From Candidatus Latescibacterota bacterium (GTDB lineage Bacteria; Latescibacterota; UBA2968; UBA8231), in assembly GCA_965242865.1 (NCBI GenBank), contig CBDETK010000013.1, forward strand, positions 2,816,001-2,880,000: a stretch of 64,000 nt of DNA, given 5' to 3'. This document shows positions 55,739 through 64,000 of the stretch, in pieces. The notes under the pieces were generated by a model. The model worked only from the letters and a program-made list of their open reading frames with translations. It had not been told where the DNA came from and searched no databases. Every line of letters starts with the position of its first letter. The first letter of the stretch is position 1. The position numbers and the translations under genes were made by a program.

Positions 55739-57976
55739 CTACAGCCCGCTCGCCGCTGCGACGAGTGCCTCGGTCGTAATGCCGAAGTGTGCCCACGTCT
55801 CTAAGTGGCCTTCGGACGGGGCCGTCGTCGGGTCGGTAATGCCGATGTGCGCGGCCGGAATCCCGAGGTCGTTGGCGATGCCCGCCACCAGCCCGGCAAA
55901 ACCGCGCAGGCCGACGTTAGCCGCGCCGATCAGGCCATCTTCTATGGTTACTACGCCTTGGGGATAGCGGCTTACGAGCTTTTCGAGGGCACCGTCGGGC
56001 AGCGGTAGCCCGTTGACGATGTGGGCATCCACCGCGCCTTTGAGCTGGGCAGCCGCCTCGCCAGCGAGAAAAGCCGGCGCGCCAAAAGCCAAGATCGCCC
56101 GCTCGGCACCGGGATAGGTGCGATAGGCCGTCACCGGCGTCCAAGGGTCGCCCGCTTCCCACAGCGGCCCGGTGCCGTCTTGCTTTTCGAGGATGGGCAG
56201 GGAGTCGCGCGGGATGCCGATGACGTGCCCGCCGTAGTGCGCCGCCATATCGCAGACCGCCAAAAACGCCGCCCGCGCATCGGCCGGCCCGTAGAAGCGG
56301 TGCAGATAGGGCAGATAGCTCAAGCCGACGTTGATCCACTCCAAACCCCAGCCCGAAAAGTGATCGCGGCCGGTGCAGGCCCCCACGTGCGAGACGTGGA
56401 AGGCGACGTTGAGGCCCTCGTTGACGCCGGTGAGGTTGCGCTGATAACGCCAGACGTCAAAGCCTTCGCGGGCAATGCCCTCGTAAAAGGCGGCAAACGT
56501 CGATACCACATTGAACTGCGGCCCCGGCCCGCGCATGGCCAACCCGTTGGTAATCAGACAAGCGGCTTGCTCCTCAATGCTCATCTCGAACTGGTGATCA
56601 GCGGCCAAGAACCCACGCGCCTTCGCCAATTTGGTCGAGGGGTCGAGGTCGCAGCTAACCACGAAGACGTCGTCGGGAAAATGCGCGGCCACGGCCGCGT
56701 ACCCCGCTTCGGAACCGGCGCGCGGGCTTTCGCTGGTGCCCATCGCGGGCAGGCTCACCTCTTCTCGCGCACTTTGCGGCAGGACCAAGTTGCGGCTGCC
56801 GGGAGCGGGTCTGGCCCGGGTTTCGACTGGACGCTTCTGCGCTCGGCGCAGGCCCGCTAGGGCTTGGCAGGCGGCCGCTGTTTTTTGGAACATCGGGTTG
56901 CCCAGCACTTGCGCGGCGTCGCGGCCCTTCAGATGGCCGTCGTGATGCCCTTCGCCGCCGGGGAGCTTGTTGACCAAGAAGAGGCACTCGAGCATCGGCA
57001 CTAGGTCGCGGTAGCTCATCAGCGAGCCGGGAACCCAGACGCGGGTGCTCAGGTCAACGCCGTGCTCGGCCGCAAACGTTGCGACCTCGGGACCAATGCC
57101 CAAGCGTGCGCCAAAGTCGCCGAGGCCCTCGTGCGTTCCCGTGGGATAGATCAGCGATGGCTGGCCCTGCCGCGCCAGTTCGTAGCCCTGGCGATAGGCT
57201 TCGTAGAGCACCGCGGCGTCGTGCAAGGTCTCGATCTCAATGACTTCCACGCCCAGTGCCGCGACGATCGGGCGCGGGTCCTTGTCCATGATGCCCTCGG
57301 TAGGGCCCGAAAGCTGGATGCCGTTGCGGTGCATGACAAAGGTGATGGGCGCCCCGTGGACAGCTGCGCCGTTGAAGCCGTTGAGGGCTTGGCCCGAAAT
57401 GTACCCGGCGTCGCCGCAGTGGCAGACGACCCAGCTATCCGCGCCGACCTTGGCCCGCTTGCCGAGGGCTTGGCCCACTGCCACCGGGATCATCACCCCT
57501 AAGCGCCCGCCGTTGAGTTGGGTGCCGCCCGGCAGCCAAGCCACGTGCCCGGGAGCGTCGAGCCCGCGGCGAAACCCCTCGACGACGAGCTGCTCATCGA
57601 CAAAGCCCAGGGCCGCCAAGGCCGCGTAGTAGCCCACGGAGGTGTGGGCGTGTTCAATGGTGTATTCGATGCGTTCGTAGTCGGTGACAGCCAAGGTCAG
57701 CAAGAGCGGCGGAATCAGCTCTAGACCGCCGCCGAGATGATCCAGCTCGCCGATTGCGGCCAGCGAGGCCAGCGAGCGAATCGCCAACTCGGCGGCTTCG
57801 ATCTGCAAGCCCTCTAGGGCGGCGATTTGCTCGGGGTGCAACGTTTGTTGTTGGCCGATATGTACGGTGAGCGGCAAGACCTCGGAATGCACCTGCTCGC
57901 CTAGGTAGCGCACTCCGCCCAACAGCGCTTTGTTGCGCTGCCGCTGGCCTGCTTGCGCCGCTTCGATCCCCCGCAT
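55739..57976 (-). CDS. Transketolase-like TPP enzyme (divergent, single chain)
   Basis: DHLGG, GRLG...PVAVG, GDAG..N TPP motif, DLDPST, SIEEQ, STFAAF, TIEDG. Confidence 0.75.
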   Translation of the reverse strand: MRGIEAAQAGQRQRNKALLGGVRYLGEQVHSEVLPLTVHIGQQQTLHPEQIAALEGLQIEAAELAIRSLASLAAIGELDHLGGGLELIPPLLLTLAVTDYERIEYTIEHAHTSVGYYAALAALGFVDEQLVVEGFRRGLDAPGHVAWLPGGTQLNGGRLGVMIPVAVGQALGKRAKVGADSWVVCHCGDAGYISGQALNGFNGAAVHGAPITFVMHRNGIQLSGPTEGIMDKDPRPIVAALGVEVIEIETLHDAAVLYEAYRQGYELARQGQPSLIYPTGTHEGLGDFGARLGIGPEVATFAAEHGVDLSTRVWVPGSLMSYRDLVPMLECLFLVNKLPGGEGHHDGHLKGRDAAQVLGNPMFQKTAAACQALAGLRRAQKRPVETRARPAPGSRNLVLPQSAREEVSLPAMGTSESPRAGSEAGYAAVAAHFPDDVFVVSCDLDPSTKLAKARGFLAADHQFEMSIEEQAACLITNGLAMRGPGPQFNVVSTFAAFYEGIAREGFDVWRYQRNLTGVNEGLNVAFHVSHVGACTGRDHFSGWGLEWINVGLSYLPYLHRFYGPADARAAFLAVCDMAAHYGGHVIGIPRDSLPILEKQDGTGPLWEAGDPWTPVTAYRTYPGAERAILAFGAPAFLAGEAAAQLKGAVDAHIVNGLPLPDGALEKLVSRYPQGVVTIEDGLIGAANVGLRGFAGLVAGIANDLGIPAAHIGITDPTTAPSEGHLETWAHFGITTEALVAAASGL

Positions 57977-58031
57977 GTACAGCTCCCTAAGTGGGTATTT
58001 TCAGTTGAGTAACGGACAGTAAAAGTATAAA

Positions 58032-59042
58032 CTAACGCGGCTTGAATTGCACCGCCAATTTCTCGGCCCACGCCTTGTTCGCGTCGATCGTGCGCCCGGC
58101 ATTGTGCGGCGTATGCACCACGTTGTGCCGCCCCAGCAGGGGATCGTCCAACGGCAGCGGCTCTTGGTCCCACACGTCGGCCGCTAGGCTCAACTCGTCG
58201 GCCAGCACGCGGCGGCGGATTGCGTCGGTATCGCAGATTTTGGCCCTAGTCACCAGCACCACCAGACAGCCCTTGGGCAGCGCGTCGATGTGCCCAGCCT
58301 CGACCAAGCCGCACGTCGATTCCGTCAGCGGCACCATGGGCGCGAACACCTCGGCATCGGCGACGAGCTGCTCCAGATGGTACACGCGGCGCGACCCAGC
58401 CCGGTGGAAGCACGGCTCGGTGGCAAACGGATCCCAAGCCGCCACCTCAGCGCCGAGCATGGCAGCGAAGCTGGCGTAGCGGCTGGCGATATTGCCGGCC
58501 CCGACAATGCGCACCCGCTTGCCGCCCAGCGTGCCGTTGGCAAAGGCCGGGTCGTCGCCAAATTGGTGTCCCCGCGCCCCGGGCCGCCCCAGGCCTTCGG
58601 GCGGCTCGTAGTCCCAAGGCGCTTGGCTTTGGATGATCGCTCGGTGCAGCTGGGGAATTCGCCGCAGCCCGCACAGAGTCAAGGCCAAGCCAAATTCCGC
58701 CACGGTCTGCGACCAAAACCCTTCGCTCGGATGGTCGTACACCGCGACGCCAGCCTCGGCTAGGTACTCGCTACAGCCCTCGCCGAGCCGCCGGCCATAA
58801 GACCCCTGAAAGGTCGCCTCCTGCAACGCGCTGAACCGCTTTAGGCACGTCAGGCGCACTGGCACGCCGAGCGTGGCCAATCGCGTCACTGGGCGCGGGT
58901 CCTCCACGATCTCGCCCAAGGGCCGCTCGTCGCCATGGGCGAGACGCACAAAGCCCGCTTTGGGCCACAAGGTGCGGAAGTGGTCGGCGGCAAAGGGCCA
59001 AACGCCGTCAAAATCTGGATGCACTGCGATCAAATCGCCCAT
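58032..59042 (-). CDS. D-2-hydroxyacid dehydrogenase family protein
   Basis: IVGAGNIA, WDP, TRA, DVWDQEP, TPHNAG. Confidence 0.85.
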   Translation of the reverse strand: MGDLIAVHPDFDGVWPFAADHFRTLWPKAGFVRLAHGDERPLGEIVEDPRPVTRLATLGVPVRLTCLKRFSALQEATFQGSYGRRLGEGCSEYLAEAGVAVYDHPSEGFWSQTVAEFGLALTLCGLRRIPQLHRAIIQSQAPWDYEPPEGLGRPGARGHQFGDDPAFANGTLGGKRVRIVGAGNIASRYASFAAMLGAEVAAWDPFATEPCFHRAGSRRVYHLEQLVADAEVFAPMVPLTESTCGLVEAGHIDALPKGCLVVLVTRAKICDTDAIRRRVLADELSLAADVWDQEPLPLDDPLLGRHNVVHTPHNAGRTIDANKAWAEKLAVQFKPR

Positions 59043-59043
59043 G

Positions 59044-59925
59044 TTACTCGCTCGCTTCCCGAAAAAATGGCTGCGTCCAAGCAAACGCCTCTCCAGCCCC
59101 CCAACACTCAAAGCGCACGTACCCCGCCTGCGCCGGCACTTCCACCTCGATTTCCCGCCCATCGGCCACGGCGATTCGCTTCGCGCCCGCGCACAACGCC
59201 ACGATCCGCGCCGCATTCTCCGTCTCGATCCAGACCCGGTTCCCCTCGACTTGGATATGGTTGATCTCGACGCCGGTCGAGGCGTAAAAGCGGCCGGCGC
59301 GCAGGGCCTTTACCACGCCGTGGGCGGTCTCCTCTTCCACATAAGCCACATTCCACCCCAACCCCACATCGCCCTCGGCCGCGTGGCTGTCGTCGTTGGC
59401 AAACCCCCACAGGCGTCTTCCCGCGCTCAGCAGCATGTCCCAGCGATTCGTCGCGTAGGGGCTGCCCTCCAAGCGGCCGATCACGCCGTTGTAAATCTCC
59501 AAACCCACATAGCCTTCACAGACCTGCAAAAGCTCCTGCGGACAGTGGTTGAAATGGCCGCGCCAGTTGGGATGATTAAAAAGAACAAACCCACCGCCCG
59601 ATTCATTGACCTCGTCGAGTACCTGCTGCCGCTCCGCATGGGGAGCGACCCGCGCTGCGGCCCCTACGTGCAAAATATGCGGGCCGTTGGCTGTAATCTC
59701 ATTGCCCGGCACCAAAATCATCCCTTGGGCGTCGTATTGCTCGTAGTCTGCCGAGGACGTATAGATGTCGTGGTCGGAGATCGCCAAGAAGCCGTAGCCG
59801 CGGCTGGCGTAGTCGTCGAGTACCGCTTGGTGGTCGCGCTCGCCATCGCTGGCGGTGGTGTGTGCGTGCAGGTTGCCGGCTAGCCAGCGTCCGCCGCTCA
59901 AATTCTGATAGGGATGTTCGATCAT
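59044..59925 (-). CDS. PHP-fold metallohydrolase (CehA/McbA-like)
   Basis: GNLHAHTTASDG, ISDHD, GNE, NHP, EIYN, NDDSH, GRFYASTG; AAGGAG RBS. Confidence 0.85.
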   Translation of the reverse strand: MIEHPYQNLSGGRWLAGNLHAHTTASDGERDHQAVLDDYASRGYGFLAISDHDIYTSSADYEQYDAQGMILVPGNEITANGPHILHVGAAARVAPHAERQQVLDEVNESGGGFVLFNHPNWRGHFNHCPQELLQVCEGYVGLEIYNGVIGRLEGSPYATNRWDMLLSAGRRLWGFANDDSHAAEGDVGLGWNVAYVEEETAHGVVKALRAGRFYASTGVEINHIQVEGNRVWIETENAARIVALCAGAKRIAVADGREIEVEVPAQAGYVRFECWGAGEAFAWTQPFFREASE

Positions 59926-60045
59926 TGGAGTCTCCTTTTGGTTGGGAAGCGGCCTCAAAATACGGGAGCACCCTGCCGGCGACAAGGGAAGCCCCCGCCG
60001 GAGCGGTGTTGACGCGAAAAGCAAGCGGCCCTTTAATTCCGCTTA

Positions 60046-60205
60046 GCAGCGGTCTGAAAACCCATCTTGGGTCGTGCTGAACAAACCGTAGGGGGCCGGC
60101 CCCTGTGCCGGCCCCCGTCGTTCCCACGAAAGAACGTCACCCCGTGCTCCGACACGGGGCGGGAATCCACCCCGTACCGTTTGGACGTAAAGGACAACCA
60201 CCAGA
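60046..60205. mobile_element. Second (inverted, one-ended) copy of the MITE/REP-like element
   Basis: GCAGCGGTCTGAAAAC TIR-like end after TTA; 60116-60205 is the reverse complement (diverged) of 16537-16626; extra GGGGGCCGGC/GCCGGCCCCC hairpin. Confidence 0.7.
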
Positions 60206-60225
60206 CCCGTCCAGCGGAGGACCTA

Positions 60226-61059
60226 ATGGTCACCGACCTCGAAAACTATCTCTTTGACCTGCGCGGCTACCTGCACTTAGAGGGCGCGCTGACCGCCGAC
60301 GAGGTCCAAGCGCTCAACGATTGCCTCAACGCCATCCCCCCGCTGGAGCCGGGCGACTGGTACGGCCACGTCCACGCCCACACGTACGGCACGGTGGATG
60401 GCCTCAACTTGCAGCAAATCTACGAGGCGGGCGAACCTTTTGAGCGGATGATCGACCATCCCGCTTGGCTCGAGAAAGTGCAGCACTTCGTCGGCGGCGA
60501 GGGCACGTTCGACCACGCCCACGGGCCGCTTTTCATCGACGAAAACTTTGCCAACTTCCGCCAACGAGGCGAGGCCATTGGCCTGCATTCCGGCGGCTAC
60601 CCGCCCATCATGCGCAACCAATTCCGCTACCACGGCGGACGCTACATGTGCGGCCAAATCAACATCCTCGTCGCGCTCACGGACATCGGCCCGGGCGACG
60701 GCGGCACCATGCTAATCCCCGGCAGCCACAAGTCCAATTTCGCGCACCCCCACTTAGAGCGGCATCGCATGCGGCCCGGCGGCGCGACCGTCGAGGGCAT
60801 TGCCGGTGCGGTCGAATGCTTTATGGCCCGAGGCGACGCCCTGCTCTTCGTCGATGGGCTCTCGCACGGCTCGGCCCGGCGCAATAACGAAGGCTCCCGC
60901 CGGATTTTCGTCTATCGCTACGGCCCCTCTTGGGGCAACTTCCGCCACGGCTACCACCCCTCGGACGAGCTGTTGGTGCGCTTGACGCCCGAGCGGCGGC
61001 AGATCGTCTGGCCGCAGCGGCCCCGGCCCCAAGGGCCGCAAAAAAAGGCCATTGAGTAA
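60226..61059 (+). CDS. Phytanoyl-CoA dioxygenase family protein
   Basis: GGAGG RBS; YLFDLRGYL, LHSG, IPGSHKSN, GDALLF....HG. Confidence 0.88.
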   Translation: MVTDLENYLFDLRGYLHLEGALTADEVQALNDCLNAIPPLEPGDWYGHVHAHTYGTVDGLNLQQIYEAGEPFERMIDHPAWLEKVQHFVGGEGTFDHAHGPLFIDENFANFRQRGEAIGLHSGGYPPIMRNQFRYHGGRYMCGQINILVALTDIGPGDGGTMLIPGSHKSNFAHPHLERHRMRPGGATVEGIAGAVECFMARGDALLFVDGLSHGSARRNNEGSRRIFVYRYGPSWGNFRHGYHPSDELLVRLTPERRQIVWPQRPRPQGPQKKAIE

Positions 61060-61062
61060 GCT

Positions 61063-61944
61063 ATGAAAGGCATCATTCTCGCCGGCGGCGCTGGCACGCG
61101 CCTTTACCCTTTGACCGTATCGGTCTCCAAGCAGCTGCTGCCGATCTTTGACAAGCCGATGATTTACTACCCGCTGTCGGTGTTCATGCTGGCCGATATC
61201 CGCGAGATCCTCATCATCTCCAGCCCAGAGCACACCGCGCTCTACCGCCAGCTCTTCGGCGATGGCGAGCGGCTGGGGTTGCGCATTGAATACGCAGTCC
61301 AGCCGCGGCCCGAGGGCGTGGCCCACGCCTTTGTCGTGGGGGCGGATTTTGCCGGCCGCGACCCCTGTGCCTTGATATTCGGCGACAACTTCCTCTACGG
61401 GCACGGGCTGACTGCGATTCTACAGCGCGCCAGCCAACTGCGGGAGGGCGGATTGGTTTTCGCGTACTACGTGAGCGACCCCACGCGCTACGGGATCGTC
61501 GAGTTCGACGGAGCGGGCCACCCCAGCCGCATTGTAGAGAAGCCGCAAACCCCCCAGTCCAACTACGCGGTCATCGGCCTTTACTTTTACGATGGCGAGG
61601 TCGTCGACATCGTCCGCGGCCTCGAGCCTTCGGCCCGCGGCGAGCTGGAAATCACCGATGTCAACAACGAGTACCTGCGCCGCCAGCAGCTCAAGGTCAA
61701 AGTGTTGGGACGAGGCTTCGCTTGGTTCGACACCGGGACGCACGAGAGCCTCCTAGAGGCCAGTGACTTCGTCCAAACCATTGAGCACCGGCAGGGGCTT
61801 AAAGTGGGCTGCATTGAGGAAATAGCGTACCGCAAGGGCTACATTGGCGCGGACCAGCTCCTCCGCATCGCCCATTACTCCAAAGACAATGCGTATTGTC
61901 TCTACCTGAAGGCCCTCGTCGAACAGCCCGGGCCGACGTTCTGA
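61063..61944 (+). CDS. rfbA: Glucose-1-phosphate thymidylyltransferase
   Basis: MKGIILAGGAGTRLYP, SKQLLP.FDKPMIYYPLS, EKP, RGELEITD, WFDTGT. Confidence 0.97.
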   Translation: MKGIILAGGAGTRLYPLTVSVSKQLLPIFDKPMIYYPLSVFMLADIREILIISSPEHTALYRQLFGDGERLGLRIEYAVQPRPEGVAHAFVVGADFAGRDPCALIFGDNFLYGHGLTAILQRASQLREGGLVFAYYVSDPTRYGIVEFDGAGHPSRIVEKPQTPQSNYAVIGLYFYDGEVVDIVRGLEPSARGELEITDVNNEYLRRQQLKVKVLGRGFAWFDTGTHESLLEASDFVQTIEHRQGLKVGCIEEIAYRKGYIGADQLLRIAHYSKDNAYCLYLKALVEQPGPTF

Positions 61945-62011
61945 CGCCTTTTGACTTATCGGCCCACCGCCATACTTTAATGTTTTTCACCTTCCACCCA
62001 GCCATTTAGAC

Positions 62012-62260
62012 ATGAAGCAACTCGCACTTGACAACCCCGTCGCCCAGGGATTAGACCTGGCCTTTGTGGGCATGAGCATCGTCTTTACCGCCTTGGTATT
62101 GGTCAGCGTCTTTATTGATGCTTTGCCGCGGATTCTCGCCGCGATCAACCCGCATATCCCCCCAGCCCAGCTCCACACGCAGAGCCAGAGCAAAGAAACC
62201 AACGCCGCGGCCATCGCCGCCATCAGCGTTGCCTTGCACGCGCGACGCCAAGGCGACTAA
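62012..62260 (+). CDS. oadG: Na+-pumping decarboxylase gamma subunit
   Basis: GMSIVF..L single TM helix, AAIAAI tail; upstream of oadB. Confidence 0.8.
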   Translation: MKQLALDNPVAQGLDLAFVGMSIVFTALVLVSVFIDALPRILAAINPHIPPAQLHTQSQSKETNAAAIAAISVALHARRQGD

Positions 62261-62266
62261 GCGGCC

Positions 62267-63394
62267 ATGGCGATTCTCCTCGAATTCCTCACCACCACGG
62301 CCGTGGCCAACATGTCGGGCGGCAACCTGTTGATGCTGGCGATCGGCGCGGTCTTCATCCTCCTCGCCATCCGCAAAGACTACGAGCCGCTGCTGCTGCT
62401 GCCGATCGGCTTCGGCTGCATCGTCGGCAATATCCCGTCTATCGCCAGCATGGCCATCGGCGTGTACGACGAAGGCAGCGTGCTCTACTACATCTACTTC
62501 GGCGTCAGCCAAGGGATCTTTCCGCCGCTTATCTTTCTCGGCATCGGCGCGATGACCGACTTTTCGACCATGCTCTCCAGCCCCCGGCTGGTGCTGCTGG
62601 GCGCAGCCGCGCAAACGGGCATTTTCCTCACCCTGATCGGTGCGCTGTACCTAGGCTTCACCCCGGCCGAGGCCGGGGCCATTGGCATTATCGGCGGCGC
62701 CGACGGGCCAACGGCGATCTTCCTCGCGGCCAAGCTGGCACCCCACCTGTTGGGAGCTATCGCCATCGCCGCGTATTCCTACATGGCCCTCGTGCCCGTC
62801 ATCCAACCGCCGGTGATGAAACTGCTGACCACGCGCCGCGAGCGGCTGATCCGCATGAAGCCCCCACGCGAGGTCTCGCAGCGCGAAAAGATCATCTTTC
62901 CCATCGCCGCCTTTCTCATCTGCGCCCTCCTCGCCCCGGGCGCGATCGGCCTGATCGGCATGCTGTGCTTAGGCAATCTGCTCAAGGAAAGCGGCGTCAC
63001 CGAGCGCTTGGCCCAGACCGCCCGCACCGCGCTGGTCGATATCGTCACCATTCTCCTCGGGTTTTCGGTCGGCTGCTCAACCCACGCCCAGACCTTTCTC
63101 ACGCCCCAGTCGGTGCTCATTTTCAGCCTCGGCGCCCTGTCCTTTGCAATCGCCACGGCCACCGGCGTACTCTTCGCCAAGTTTTTGAACCTCTTCACCC
63201 AAGACAAAATCAATCCCCTCGTCGGCGCGGCCGGGGTCTCGGCCGTGCCGGACTCGGCCCGCGTAGTGCAGATGATGGGCCAGCAGGAAGACCCCAACAA
63301 CTACCTCCTGATGCACGCGATGGCCCCCAATGTCGCCGGCGTCATCGGCTCGGCTGTCGGCGCCGGCGTCTTGTGGGCGGTGCTGGTGGGATAG
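62267..63394 (+). CDS. oadB: Na+-translocating decarboxylase beta subunit
   Basis: EPLLLLPIGFG, GAMTDF, IIGGADGPT, AAYSYMALVP, SAVP..ARV, NVAGVIGS. Confidence 0.95.
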   Translation: MAILLEFLTTTAVANMSGGNLLMLAIGAVFILLAIRKDYEPLLLLPIGFGCIVGNIPSIASMAIGVYDEGSVLYYIYFGVSQGIFPPLIFLGIGAMTDFSTMLSSPRLVLLGAAAQTGIFLTLIGALYLGFTPAEAGAIGIIGGADGPTAIFLAAKLAPHLLGAIAIAAYSYMALVPVIQPPVMKLLTTRRERLIRMKPPREVSQREKIIFPIAAFLICALLAPGAIGLIGMLCLGNLLKESGVTERLAQTARTALVDIVTILLGFSVGCSTHAQTFLTPQSVLIFSLGALSFAIATATGVLFAKFLNLFTQDKINPLVGAAGVSAVPDSARVVQMMGQQEDPNNYLLMHAMAPNVAGVIGSAVGAGVLWAVLVG

Positions 63395-63411
63395 ACAACG
63401 AGGATGCAACC

Positions 63412-64000
63412 GTGAGCAAGAAGAAAGTTCGCTTCATGTGTACCGCCTTCCGAGACGGCTTTCAGTCGGTCTATGGAGCGCGCGTTTTCACGTCCGATTT
63501 TCTGCCCGCGGTCGCTGCGGCGAAGGAAGCTGGCATCAACTACTTTGAGGCCGGCGGCGGCGCTTGTTTCCAGTCGTTCTACTTCTACTGCGGCGAAGAC
63601 GCCTTTGCCGCGATGGACGCCTTTCGCGCAACGGCCGGCCCAGACGCCGAATTACAGACCTTGGCGCGGGGAGTCAATGTGGTCGGCCTCGAATCGCAGC
63701 CGAGCGACATCATCAAGCTCCACGCCGAGCTCTTCAAAAAGCACGGCATCACCACCATCCGCAATTTCGACGCGCTCAACGACGTCGATAACCTCATCTA
63801 CTCGGGGCAGTGCATTGTGGATGCCGGGCTCAACCACCAAGTCTGCATCACCCTGATGGAGCTGCCGCCGGGCTGCTCCGGTGCCCACGACGCGGCCTTC
63901 TACGCCCATACCTTGCGCCAGATACTAGACGCCGGCATCCCGTACGACTCGGTCTGCTTTAAGGACGCTTCGGGCACGGCCGTGCCCTCCAAAGTCCATG
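63412..64000 (+). CDS. oadA: Oxaloacetate decarboxylase alpha / pyruvate carboxylase B carboxyltransferase (runs off the window)
   Basis: Hand translation from GTG 63412: MSKKKVRFMCTAFRDGFQS..EAGGGA.FQ..QTLARG.N..RNFDALND..FKDASG. Confidence 0.85.
   Translation, partial: MSKKKVRFMCTAFRDGFQSVYGARVFTSDFLPAVAAAKEAGINYFEAGGGACFQSFYFYCGEDAFAAMDAFRATAGPDAELQTLARGVNVVGLESQPSDIIKLHAELFKKHGITTIRNFDALNDVDNLIYSGQCIVDAGLNHQVCITLMELPPGCSGAHDAAFYAHTLRQILDAGIPYDSVCFKDASGTAVPSKVH

Noticed and set aside
60067-60225. N-terminal extension of phyH and small ORFs 16494-16685 and 60033-60233 sharing DSRPVSEHGVTFFRG
   Set aside because: These are translations of the MITE/REP core, not genes

Overview
GC-rich bacterial chromosomal segment. 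The core genes are thrS, proS, purA, rfbA/rmlA, oadG-oadB-oadA, PHP/EndoQ-UvrD, a transketolase-like enzyme and several dioxygenases and oxidoreductases. AT-richer accessory blocks interrupt them. (1) A type III R-M locus behind proS (mod intact, res broken by an internal deletion and frameshift). (2) A higBA module. (3) A MITE plus a small putative toxin-immunity pair, bracketed by a 46-bp promoter duplication. (4) A ~13-kb defence island: XRE-IrrE + PIN, a CBASS-like patatin/CD-NTase/E2-SEC-C operon whose E2 has a nonsense codon, an uncharacterised gene pair, a Ser/Thr kinase + TPR pair, and an intact type III R-M. (5) An AAA-DUF3696 two-gene system hit by two different IS5 elements. (6) A Bacteroidota-like TonB receptor/DUF4374/PepSY iron-uptake operon. 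(7) An AAA ATPase + PD-(D/E)xK-like pair. The most unusual signals are three. Both IS5 transposases seem to have decayed almost only through A:T->C:G transversions at conserved motifs. Cargo blocks are repeatedly bounded by duplicated host junction sequence with no integrase nearby. The kinase-TPR pair is a candidate undescribed defence system. No rRNA, tRNA or CRISPR array was seen. Family assignments come from recalled motifs, not from database searches.
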